From a virus (taxonomy: Duplodnaviria > Caudoviricetes): a stretch of 30,747 nucleotides of DNA. Below are positions 1 through 8,172 of the stretch, piece after piece; positions within the stretch are counted from its first letter, which is position 1; each line of letters opens with the position of its first letter. The notes below the pieces were generated by a model that saw nothing but the letters and a program-made list of their open reading frames with translations, was not told the DNA's origin and searched no databases. The translations under genes and the position numbers were made by a program. The DNA lies in the IMG/VR virus record IMGVR_UViG_3300044759_000011, positions 1 to 30,747 of that record. One strand, 5' to 3'.

Positions 1-2
1 CT

Positions 3-2936
3 GCTCGCCAGTTGACGGTCACCACGGCCACGGCCAACCTGTCCAAGCTGGCTGGCCTGTCCTACGACACGCCTGGGCGGCTGGCCGAGTCGTCCGCCGG
101 CCCGATCACGGCCTACGTGGCCGGCATCCCCATCGACCAGCAGGGGCGCATGGTGGTCGCCAACGCGGCGGCCGTGCGCTATGCCCCCAATGCCATCCCC
201 ATCACGGCCACGGGGGCCGTGGCCTTGGCGGGTGGTGTCCCGCCCGACAGCACGGCCCCGACAGATCCGACCGGGCTCCTGGCAACGCCCAACTCCGAGA
301 CCCAGGCCACCCTCACCTGGACGGCCTCGACCGACGCCGTGGGCGTTACCCTGTACCGGATCGAGCGCTGCACGGGCGCTGCTTGCGTCAACTTCGCGGA
401 GATTGCCACCGACAACGCATCGCCCTACGTGGACACCACCCTGGCGGCGGCCACGGCGTACCGCTACAGGATCCGCGCCCAGGACGCTGCGCTCAATCTC
501 AGCGGCTACAGCAACATCGCATCTGCTGCCACCCCGGATAACACGGCACCGACCGCGCCGAGCAGTCTCGTGGCAAACCCTGTCAGCGAGACTCAGGTGG
601 ACCTGACCTGGGCGGGCTCGACCGACAACGTGGCCGTCACTGCCTACCTGCTGGAGCGTTGCACGGGTGCTGGGTGCTCCAGCTTCGCTGAGATAGCCCA
701 GCCCACGGCCACGAACTACTCCGACACCGGGCGGGCGGCCAACACGGTCTACCGGTATCAGGTGCGCGCCCGCGACGCGGCGAACAACCGCAGTGGCTAC
801 AGCAACATCGCCCAGGCCACGACGCCAGATAACACTGCGCCGACCGCGCCCACGTCCTTGGTGGCGACGCCCAACTCCGAGACACAGATCACGCTGACGT
901 GGACGGCGGCCACCGACAACGTGGCGGTCACCACATACAGGATCGAGCGTTGCACTGGCGTGGCCTGCAGCAACTTCGCGGAGATTGCCACCGACCCGGC
1001 GTCGCCCTACGTGGACACCGGCAGGACGGTGAACACCACCTATCGCTACCAGATCCGGGCGCAGGATGCGGCCAATAATCTGGGGCCGTACTCCAACATT
1101 GCGACTGCACTCACGCCCGACCAGACCGCGCCGACCGCTCCCACGTCCCTCATCGCCAACCCCGACAGTGCCAGCCAGATCACGCTGACCTGGGCGGCGG
1201 CCACTGACAACGTCGCAGTCGCAGGCTACAACCTGGAGCGTTGCGCGGGCGCGGGGTGCTCCAGCTTCGCTGAGATTGCCACGCCGGCAGCGTCGCCCTA
1301 CTCGGACCCTGGCCTCGCGGCTGGCACCACGTACCGCTACCAGATCCGGGCACGCGACGCCGTGCCCAACTTCGGGCCGTACTCCAGCATCGCGGAGGCC
1401 GTCACCACGGCACCGCCGGCCGGGGCCATCACCCCGCCCGATCTGTTCCTGGCCGGCGAGCTTGGCGGCTGGTGGGATCCCAGCGACATGTCCACCATGT
1501 TCCAGGACACCGCTGGTGCCACGCCTGTCACGGCCGTGGGCCAGCCTGTCGGGCGCATCAATGACAAGAGCGGCCGTGGCAATCATCTGACCCAGGCTAC
1601 AGCCGCCAGCAGGCCGCTGCTGCAGAACGCCAACTTTGAGAATTATCTCGACTTCGACGGGGTGGACGACTTCCTGGTCAGTCCCACGATCAACTTCGCC
1701 ACTGCTGTTGTCAACAGCATGTCGATCTGGCTGGGGGTTAACAAGACCACGGATACACCCACCGGCAGTGCCATCGAACTGAGCGCGAATAGCTCATCGA
1801 GCAACGGCGTGTTCATGTGGCAGATCCCAGGCACGTCGCCCAATGGCTATTTCTACCGGTCGCGGGGCACGGCCGACCCGCAACTGAACATCAACGGGTT
1901 CCTGCAGCCGCGCCTGGACGTACTGTTCTCGATGTCCACCATCACGACCGATAGCATCATCGCCCGCATCAACGGCGTCCAGGTCGCCGGATCTGTTGGC
2001 GACCAGGGTGCTGGTCCCTACGGCAATTGGCCGATCTACATGGGCCGGCGCGGCGGCACCAGCCAGCCATTCAAGGGCCGCATCTACCAAGCCATCGTGC
2101 GCGGTGCGGTCACCACGGCGCAGCACATCATCGACATCGAGCGGTACGTGGCCGGCAGGACCGGGGTTGCCATCACGGCGACGCCGCTCGACCTGTTCCT
2201 GGGCGGCGAGGTGGGTAGCTGGTGGGACCCGAGCGACATCAGCACCCTGTTCCAGGACGCGGCCGGCACAACGCCCGTGACGGCCAGCGGCCAGCCCGTG
2301 GGGATGATCCGGGACAAGTCTGGCCGGGGCAACCACCTGACGCAGACCACGGCCGCATCGCGCCCGACCTACATCGATGACGGCACCTTGAAGTCCCTGC
2401 AGTTCGACGGGGTGGACGACTGGATGGTCAGTCCCACGGTCAACTTCGCGCCCGGGGGCGGGGTCATGAACATGTTCGCTGGCCTGTTCGCGGACACGAA
2501 CGTGGGCGTCGGGCTGGTGTGCGAACTGAGCGCAACGTCCTCGGGCAACAACGGCACCTTTGCGCTCCAGGCTCCACCCGGCGACTTGGACGGGTTCTAC
2601 TGGCGCAGCAAGGGCACGGTGGACACCGTGCTCGACGTGGACGGCATCTCGTTGCCGACGACCAAGGTAATCCACGGGCAGAGTGGCATCCCATCCGACT
2701 ACTCGCAGATACGTGTAAACGGCACGCAGGCACTGCAGTCACTGGCCGACCAGGGCACGGGCACCCACGGCAACTTCCCGATCTACGTGGGTCGGCGCGG
2801 CGGCACCACGTTCCCCTTCAAGGGCAAGATCTACGGCCTGATCCTGAGGGCGGCACCCTGCACCACGAAGGAGCAGGCCGACACCGAGCAGTACCTTGCC
2901 GGCAAGTCGGGCATCTCCTTCGTGTCGAACCCGTAA
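3..2936 (+). CDS. Virion adhesin/tail-fibre-like or decoration protein with 4 fibronectin type III domains and 2 LamG/ConA-like domains (probably 5'-partial)
   Basis: Frame is open to the window edge (GCT CGC CAG TTG). Four 97-aa FN3 units (PDxTAPTAP..LTW.ASTD.V.V..Y.IERC.G..C..FAEIA..YRY.IRA.DAA.N) are followed by two WWDPSD..FQD.AG.TPV..GQPVG.I.DKSGRGNHL..FDGVDD domains. N-terminus is paralogous to 2946..4046. Confidence 0.8.
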   Translation, partial: ARQLTVTTATANLSKLAGLSYDTPGRLAESSAGPITAYVAGIPIDQQGRMVVANAAAVRYAPNAIPITATGAVALAGGVPPDSTAPTDPTGLLATPNSETQATLTWTASTDAVGVTLYRIERCTGAACVNFAEIATDNASPYVDTTLAAATAYRYRIRAQDAALNLSGYSNIASAATPDNTAPTAPSSLVANPVSETQVDLTWAGSTDNVAVTAYLLERCTGAGCSSFAEIAQPTATNYSDTGRAANTVYRYQVRARDAANNRSGYSNIAQATTPDNTAPTAPTSLVATPNSETQITLTWTAATDNVAVTTYRIERCTGVACSNFAEIATDPASPYVDTGRTVNTTYRYQIRAQDAANNLGPYSNIATALTPDQTAPTAPTSLIANPDSASQITLTWAAATDNVAVAGYNLERCAGAGCSSFAEIATPAASPYSDPGLAAGTTYRYQIRARDAVPNFGPYSSIAEAVTTAPPAGAITPPDLFLAGELGGWWDPSDMSTMFQDTAGATPVTAVGQPVGRINDKSGRGNHLTQATAASRPLLQNANFENYLDFDGVDDFLVSPTINFATAVVNSMSIWLGVNKTTDTPTGSAIELSANSSSSNGVFMWQIPGTSPNGYFYRSRGTADPQLNINGFLQPRLDVLFSMSTITTDSIIARINGVQVAGSVGDQGAGPYGNWPIYMGRRGGTSQPFKGRIYQAIVRGAVTTAQHIIDIERYVAGRTGVAITATPLDLFLGGEVGSWWDPSDISTLFQDAAGTTPVTASGQPVGMIRDKSGRGNHLTQTTAASRPTYIDDGTLKSLQFDGVDDWMVSPTVNFAPGGGVMNMFAGLFADTNVGVGLVCELSATSSGNNGTFALQAPPGDLDGFYWRSKGTVDTVLDVDGISLPTTKVIHGQSGIPSDYSQIRVNGTQALQSLADQGTGTHGNFPIYVGRRGGTTFPFKGKIYGLILRAAPCTTKEQADTEQYLAGKSGISFVSNP
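243..1406 (+). repeat. Four tandem FN3-coding repeats, 291-bp period
   Basis: Units begin at 243, 534, 825 and 1116 (PDSTAP, PDNTAP, PDNTAP, PDQTAP); each has a CxGxxC Cys pair. Confidence 0.92.
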
Positions 2937-2945
2937 AGGCACACC

Positions 2946-4046
2946 ATGGCACTCAACGGATCGATTGCCGCTGCTGCCCCCGGGGGTGCGCTGCGCACCG
3001 ACACGGGGCCACCCGTGAGCTTCAATGCCGGCACGCCGCTGCTGGCCGACAACCACGTCGCCACCACCGACACTGCCCAGGCGGGCCGCTATGCCGGCCT
3101 GTCCTACGACCCCGCAGGCCGGCTGGCCGTGGCCGTGGGCGGCACGCCAGTGGTCTGGGTGGCCGGCGTGCCGGTGGACGCGAGCGGACGCACGGTCGGT
3201 GAGGTTGGTGCTGCGGTGGCCTACGCGCCCAATGCGGTGCCCATCACGGCCTCTGGCAGGGTCGCCATGCAGGCTACCGGTGCTCCTGCATTCAGCCCAG
3301 CGCAACTGTTCGCGGCCGGCGAGCCCGGTGGCTGGTGGGACCCGAGCGACATCACCACACTGTTCCAGGATGCGGCCGGCACCATCCCGGTCACGGCCAC
3401 GGGGCAGCCCGTGGGGCGCATCAACGACAAGAGTGGCCGTGGCAACCATCTGGTCCAGGCCACCTCGTTCTCGCGTCCTGTATATACAGTAGCTGGGGCT
3501 TTACGGTATCTCGCCTTTGATGGGGCGAATCATTGGATGGTGTCCGTAGCCAACCTGAACATGTCCACCACCGATGCGCTGACGGCGTGGATAGGCGTGA
3601 CCAAGATCGCGGACAAGACGTTTCACCAGATGCAGTTTGAGTTGTCTGCCAATCTTGGCAACAACGTTGGCTCCTTCTACCTCAACCATCCCGATGCCAA
3701 CGCTCCCTTCTACGAATTCCTCTCTCGCGGGAACGTGGTCAACTTCAACGTCACCGTAGCCACGGCGGCCGCCGGCATGTCCACCAACGTCATCACCGGG
3801 CAAGCCGACATCTCGTCCGACATCAACATCGCACGCAGCAACGGCGTGCAAACGGCCAGCAACACGTTCGACCAGGGTGGCGGCAACTACGGCAGCTATC
3901 CGTTCTGGGTCGGCTGCCGGGGCGGCACCCAGTTCCTGGCCGAGATGAACCTGTACGGCCTGATCATTCGTGGTGCCGCGAGCGTGGCCGGCGACGTGAC
4001 GGCGGCTGAACAGTGGATGGCTGCGAAGGCCGGTATCACGTTCTAA
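2946..4046 (+). CDS. Virion protein with one LamG/ConA-like domain; shorter paralogue of the upstream gene
   Basis: Shares AGLSYD..GRLA..VAG.P.D..GR..YAPNA.PITA.G and WWDPSDI..FQDAAGT.PV..GQPVG.INDKSGRGNHL segments; AAGG RBS upstream. Confidence 0.8.
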   Translation: MALNGSIAAAAPGGALRTDTGPPVSFNAGTPLLADNHVATTDTAQAGRYAGLSYDPAGRLAVAVGGTPVVWVAGVPVDASGRTVGEVGAAVAYAPNAVPITASGRVAMQATGAPAFSPAQLFAAGEPGGWWDPSDITTLFQDAAGTIPVTATGQPVGRINDKSGRGNHLVQATSFSRPVYTVAGALRYLAFDGANHWMVSVANLNMSTTDALTAWIGVTKIADKTFHQMQFELSANLGNNVGSFYLNHPDANAPFYEFLSRGNVVNFNVTVATAAAGMSTNVITGQADISSDINIARSNGVQTASNTFDQGGGNYGSYPFWVGCRGGTQFLAEMNLYGLIIRGAASVAGDVTAAEQWMAAKAGITF

Positions 4047-4117
4047 CCCCTGGGGATACACGACCCTGCTAGACTGGTTCTCCGCCCATTACGTTACTGG
4101 GCATTAAGGAGAACCCA

Positions 4118-4285
4118 ATGATCCAGTGGAACATCACGGAGAAGCAGGCCGACCAGATCCTGCAGACCCTGGCTACGCGGCCGTTCGCGGAAGTCAACGA
4201 ACTGATCCAGGAACTGCTGCGGCAGGCGCAGAAGCCGCGCCCCCTGGAGGTGGTGCCGCCGGTAGTCGAGCCCGGGGCAGCGTGA
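4118..4285 (+). CDS. Small helical phage protein (55 aa, MIQWNITEKQADQILQTLATRPFAEVNELIQELLRQAQ...)
   Basis: Strong AAGGAG RBS; too short for the ORF track; TGATG overlap with the next ORF. Confidence 0.75.
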   Translation: MIQWNITEKQADQILQTLATRPFAEVNELIQELLRQAQKPRPLEVVPPVVEPGAA

Positions 4286-4386
4286 TGGACGACAACCGCT
4301 ACCGTGTCATCGTCTGGCGGTGCTGCGCGGCCGTCCTGGCAGCCTTCTGGACCGCCGTGGTCTGGCTGACCATCATCAACATGTAG
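4285..4386 (+). CDS. Small single-pass membrane protein (33 aa)
   Basis: ATG overlaps the previous stop; hydrophobic stretch VIVWRCCAAVLAAFWTAVVWLTII. Confidence 0.55.
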   Translation: MDDNRYRVIVWRCCAAVLAAFWTAVVWLTIINM

Positions 4387-4388
4387 AC

Positions 4389-4420
4389 AAAAGGACGGCC
4401 CCCGAGGGGGCCGTTTAAAC
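4389..4420. terminator. Probable bidirectional intrinsic terminator between convergent modules
   Basis: ACGGCCCC-CGAG-GGGGCCGT hairpin with an AAAA run just to the left (U tract on - strand) and TT on the right; lies where + and - transcription converge. Confidence 0.75.
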
Positions 4421-4447
4421 TCTCGGAGGAGAGGAGGGAGGAAACGA

Positions 4448-5110
4448 TTAGGGAGCGGCTGACGGGTCAATATACGACGGGCCAGTCTTGAGGCACACCG
4501 GCATCCCGGCCCGCTTGGCGACCTTCTTGTCCGCGTAGCAGACCGGTGTCGTCACCGACTGTCCCGTCCGGGAAGACACAGGCACCTCCGCCTGACTCAA
4601 CAGTACAGCCCTGCAGGGCATGCCAGCCCGTGCGTAGGCCGCAGCCACCGTAGGGTCCACGCACAGCACCTCCCTGGCTGCCTCGGCGTGGCCGAATGAG
4701 TGCATCAGGGCCGCTGCGGCGCGACGTTCGCAGCCGTCATCCTTGTGGCCGCTGCCACCAGAAAAGCCCCAGCCCATACCAGCGATGCCAACTGAAGAAC
4801 CGATGACGCAAGGAGAAGTGACCCCAACAGGCGGAGCGTAAGCCTGGGCTGCGGACTTGATGCGGTGGGTTCCACCGTACTCGACGTACTGATGAGTCTC
4901 TCCCGATTGCTCGATGCGCTGCGTGCCATCTGAGCGGTTGACTGTCTCGATGCGCTGGACTTCCGGCGCACTGGAGTTGAATGTGATGTTGTTGCCGTAG
5001 GCGGCAGTCTCGCTGGACGATGAGCTTGTGGCCGACCTGTCGGGGTTGGCCGTCTGCGCACAGACCGGCAAGGCTGCCACCATGGCAAGCCCGATGATGA
5101 GCTTGTGCAT
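4448..5110 (-). CDS. Secreted Cys-containing protein with Gly-rich amphipathic beta-hairpin (unknown function)
   Basis: Sec signal MHKLIIGLAMVAALPVCA|Q; motif APPVG..SPC.IGSSVGIAGMGWGFSGGSG.KDDGCERR...AAREVLC.D..V..AY..AG.PC; six Cys in the mature chain; AGGA RBS. Confidence 0.85.
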   Translation of the reverse strand: MHKLIIGLAMVAALPVCAQTANPDRSATSSSSSETAAYGNNITFNSSAPEVQRIETVNRSDGTQRIEQSGETHQYVEYGGTHRIKSAAQAYAPPVGVTSPCVIGSSVGIAGMGWGFSGGSGHKDDGCERRAAAALMHSFGHAEAAREVLCVDPTVAAAYARAGMPCRAVLLSQAEVPVSSRTGQSVTTPVCYADKKVAKRAGMPVCLKTGPSYIDPSAAP

Positions 5111-5126
5111 GGTGGCTTCCTGCTAC

Positions 5127-5756
5127 TTACGGAGCGACGCCAAGGGAGGCAGAACCACCCAGGAACGCGCCTGCACCGGCACCAGCGGCATTGCCCAGGT
5201 TCAGGCCGAACGATGCGCTCGCGCCGACTGCGTCGGTCACGGTGCTCGTGGTCGCGCCCGGGACGGCGGTTGCCGTGCCAGTCGTCGCGGCACCAACGGC
5301 GTTGGTGTGGAACGACAGGCCAGCACCAGGGCCGGACTGCGACAGGCTACCCGAGCCGACCTGGATGGCCGACACGCTGGAGGCTTGGTCGCCACCACCC
5401 GGGTTCGACTGCGCCGTGGCACCAGCAATGCCCGTCTGGGCTGCGCCGGCCGCGCTGGCGGCATTGCCGACGCTCACGCTGAACGTGGTGTCGGTCCCGA
5501 CGCTGGCTGCGCTCGTGGTTGCCGAATCCTGGCCGGCTGCGCTCACTTGCGCGGCGGAGGCCGTGCTGTTGTTCTGAGCGTGCGACACCGCCAGGGTGGC
5601 ACCACCGGAAGGTCCCGGGGTGTTGGTCGAGGCGGATCCACCGGCCACGGTGGAGAGCGATCCACTCAGGGCCGACGTGTCGGTGGTCTGAGCGAAAGCG
5701 GCACCACCAGCGGTGGCGAGGGCGGCGGCTGCCACAAGAGTGCGGATCATCTTCAT
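5127..5756 (-). CDS. Secreted Ala/Gly/Ser/Thr-rich low-complexity protein with two ~90-aa internal repeats (fibre/adhesin-like)
   Basis: Sec signal MKMIRTLVAAAALATAGGAAFA|Q; AAGGA RBS before ATG at 5756; mature chain has no K, R, E, C, W, Y or M. Confidence 0.85.
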   Translation of the reverse strand: MKMIRTLVAAAALATAGGAAFAQTTDTSALSGSLSTVAGGSASTNTPGPSGGATLAVSHAQNNSTASAAQVSAAGQDSATTSAASVGTDTTFSVSVGNAASAAGAAQTGIAGATAQSNPGGGDQASSVSAIQVGSGSLSQSGPGAGLSFHTNAVGAATTGTATAVPGATTSTVTDAVGASASFGLNLGNAAGAGAGAFLGGSASLGVAP

Positions 5757-5808
5757 TTGGAAATTTCCTTGCAAGTTACTGGCCTAAACCCGGGCCAGCG
5801 ACGGGATT

Positions 5809-6099
5809 CTAATGTACCTCGGGGCTTCCTGCCGAAGTTTCTTCAACCGGTGTGCGAATTTCGACACCGGTCGGTGAAAGCCCCAGGATCTGCTCTGCGA
5901 ATGACACGCCGATGACGGCGGACAGATGCACGATTGCGTCATGTACCTCCTCGGACAGATACGCAATGTTCTTATTGACGAGGGCCGCCGTGAAACAGTC
6001 CTTCGTGGTCGGCCCCTTGCATATCAGTATACGCACGGAATGCTCGTCCTCCCTAATGGCGACCCGGATCGGGGCCTCCTTGATATGCACGTCTGTCAC
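5809..6099 (-). CDS. Hypothetical protein (96 aa)
   Basis: GTG start overlaps the upstream stop (GTGA) with AAGGAG RBS; normal protein composition. Confidence 0.7.
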   Translation of the reverse strand: MTDVHIKEAPIRVAIREDEHSVRILICKGPTTKDCFTAALVNKNIAYLSEEVHDAIVHLSAVIGVSFAEQILGLSPTGVEIRTPVEETSAGSPEVH

Positions 6100-6455
6100 T
6101 TTGTCTCCTTGGGCTTGTAGGCGTCGGGCCGCAGCAAGGATGCGGGGATCCTGAACACCTTGGCAAGCTGGGCGGCCCGCAGGATGGGCACGGGGAAGTT
6201 GCGGTCACGCCTGCAAGCGGCTTCCCACTTGTAGAGCGACTGCGGCTTGATGCCCAGGGTCCGTGCGATGTCGGACTTGGTTGTATCCCTGGGCATCTTG
6301 TAGGTCATGGCCCACAACAGTGGGTGGTCGGTGGTCATCCTGCCCCCAGGCATCTCGGTGGGCAGCGACAACACTGGCTGGCGTGCTCCGTGGTTGACTG
6401 GCTTCTTGATGGCTGGAGGCTTGACGGCCTTGCGGACGTGCGTTGCGTTCTTCAT
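6096..6455 (-). CDS. Cro/YdaS-like helix-turn-helix DNA-binding protein
   Basis: TKSDIARTLGIKPQSLYKWE HTH and C-terminal IPASLLRPD; ATG at 6455 overlaps the helicase stop (ATGA). Confidence 0.8.
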   Translation of the reverse strand: MKNATHVRKAVKPPAIKKPVNHGARQPVLSLPTEMPGGRMTTDHPLLWAMTYKMPRDTTKSDIARTLGIKPQSLYKWEAACRRDRNFPVPILRAAQLAKVFRIPASLLRPDAYKPKETK

Positions 6456-7861
6456 GGGGTACCTTTCAGGCGACCGAGGATTGCGGACTGGACATCGGCC
6501 TTCTCTGCGAGGGCCTTGGCGATGTCTTCGTCCACGGTCCCCTGGGCCGTGAGGTAGTGTATCACCACAGGCTTCGTTTGACCCTGACGGTACACGCGAG
6601 CGTTGAACTGAATGTGTTCCTCCAAGTTCCAGGTCAGACCGAACCAGCACACTGCGTGCCCGCCTGCCTGGAGATTCAACCCGTGGGCCACCGACGTGGG
6701 GTGGGCCAGCAGGACAGGCAGCTTACCAGCATTCCAGTCCTCGATGATCTTGTCGGCCGCTGCCCGGGTGACCCCGCCGCCCAGGTACGGCACTTGCTGG
6801 CCTGGGGGCAGTACGTCCTCCAGGGCCTCCTTGATGGCCGGCACCTCGTGCAGGAAGGCCACGGCCACCAGCAGCGGGGTGCCCTGCATCTCCTCGACCA
6901 GTTCAGCCAGGGCGTTGACCTTGGCGTTGTGGACGAAGGCCGATTCGCCGCCCTCGTGGTACGCCCACCCGTTGGTGATCTGGCGCAGCTTCATCACTGC
7001 CGCCGCTGCGTTGGCGGCCGTGAGCACGGCGTTGCCGTTCGTCTTTGCCACCAGTTCCTTGGACAGTTGCTCGTAGGTGCCGCGAGCGTAGCCCGGAAGT
7101 TCAACTGGAATTACGTTATACGAAATTGCCGGCATCGACAGGTAGTCCTCTGCCTGCAGGCGCAGGGCGATGTCGGCTATCTTGGTCGACACGGCGATGT
7201 CCGCGTCGCCCTTCGGGTACCACTTGGTGACAGTCTTGCCGCCGCCGACGCGGATCTCCTCGGGCTCCATGAACTGCTTGCGGAAGTAGGTGATGTAGCG
7301 GCCCAGCCGCTGGCCGTCATCCACGATCTGCATCTGGGCGAACATGTCCTCGATGCTCTGCGGGGCCGGCGTGCCGGTCAGGATCAGGCGACGCTTGAAG
7401 AACGGCAGCATGTGCTTGAGGGCCTTGAACCGCTTGCTGCTGGGGTTCTTGAACCGGGTGCTCTCGTCCACGATCAGTAGCTCGGGCTTGGTGCCGAACA
7501 TCTGGATGACGTGATCCGACAGGTTGAACAGCCAGTCGGTGTTCTCCGGGTTGATCAAGTAGATGTCGGCCTTCGCGGCCAGGGCGGCGAGCCTCTCCTT
7601 GGGCGTGCCGTGGATGATGCTCACCTTGAGGTGGTTGAACTGCTCCCACTTCTTGATCTCGGCCGGCCACGTCAGGTACAGGGGCCGCAGGGGCACGATG
7701 ACCAGGGTGGCCTGGATGGCCTTGTGATGCTGGAGCACGAGGTGCGCGGCCAGGGCAATGGCCGTCTTGCCCATGCCGGGATCGAGCAGCATGGCCGTGC
7801 CTGGATTGCTGCAGATCATCTGGATGGCCTTGGCCTGGAAGGGGTAGGGTGCGTATTGCAT
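6452..7861 (-). CDS. SNF2-like superfamily 2 DNA helicase
   Basis: Motif I LLDPGMGKT, motif II IVDES, motif III LTGTP, motif V HGLNLQ, motif VI QFNARVYRQGQ. Confidence 0.95.
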   Translation of the reverse strand: MQYAPYPFQAKAIQMICSNPGTAMLLDPGMGKTAIALAAHLVLQHHKAIQATLVIVPLRPLYLTWPAEIKKWEQFNHLKVSIIHGTPKERLAALAAKADIYLINPENTDWLFNLSDHVIQMFGTKPELLIVDESTRFKNPSSKRFKALKHMLPFFKRRLILTGTPAPQSIEDMFAQMQIVDDGQRLGRYITYFRKQFMEPEEIRVGGGKTVTKWYPKGDADIAVSTKIADIALRLQAEDYLSMPAISYNVIPVELPGYARGTYEQLSKELVAKTNGNAVLTAANAAAAVMKLRQITNGWAYHEGGESAFVHNAKVNALAELVEEMQGTPLLVAVAFLHEVPAIKEALEDVLPPGQQVPYLGGGVTRAAADKIIEDWNAGKLPVLLAHPTSVAHGLNLQAGGHAVCWFGLTWNLEEHIQFNARVYRQGQTKPVVIHYLTAQGTVDEDIAKALAEKADVQSAILGRLKGTP

Positions 7862-7896
7862 GTCTTTGGTTCGTGTACTGAAGCCTCAGTCTACCT

Positions 7897-8172
7897 TCAC
7901 CCCAGCAGGCCGTCAAGCAGGGCCTTGAACTGTTGTGTGCTGTAGACAACAGCTACACGGTGGCCGATGCCCTCCAGTTCAGTGTGCCGGTACACCTGAC
8001 GGGGTGACAGGCGGCCGTCTGGCATCTTGAATTCGACCAGGATGCAGCGGCCGTTGGGCAGCAGGACCAGACGGTCGGGGTCGCCGGCCACGCCGCCATA
8101 CAACTTGATCGAGATGAGGCCCCGCTTGATGACGTACCGGCGGCACTGCTGCTCCATTGCGGCTTCACTCAT
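7897..8172 (-). CDS. VRR-NUC domain nuclease (putative Holliday junction resolvase)
   Basis: G.PDRLVLLPNGR..LVEFK.P.GRLSP.Q, the PD-(D/E)XK VRR-NUC signature. Confidence 0.92.
   Translation of the reverse strand: MSEAAMEQQCRRYVIKRGLISIKLYGGVAGDPDRLVLLPNGRCILVEFKMPDGRLSPRQVYRHTELEGIGHRVAVVYSTQQFKALLDGLLG

Noticed and set aside
3478-3489. 12-bp palindrome CTGTATATACAG in a locally AT-richer patch of the second adhesin gene
   Set aside because: Single copy inside a CDS; it resembles an SOS box but the spacing (CTG-N6-CAG) does not fit CTG-N10-CAG.
1431-4046. Repeated adhesin domains as diversity-generating retroelement TR/VR
   Set aside because: No reverse transcriptase in the window; all copies are coding and differ at all base types, not only adenines.
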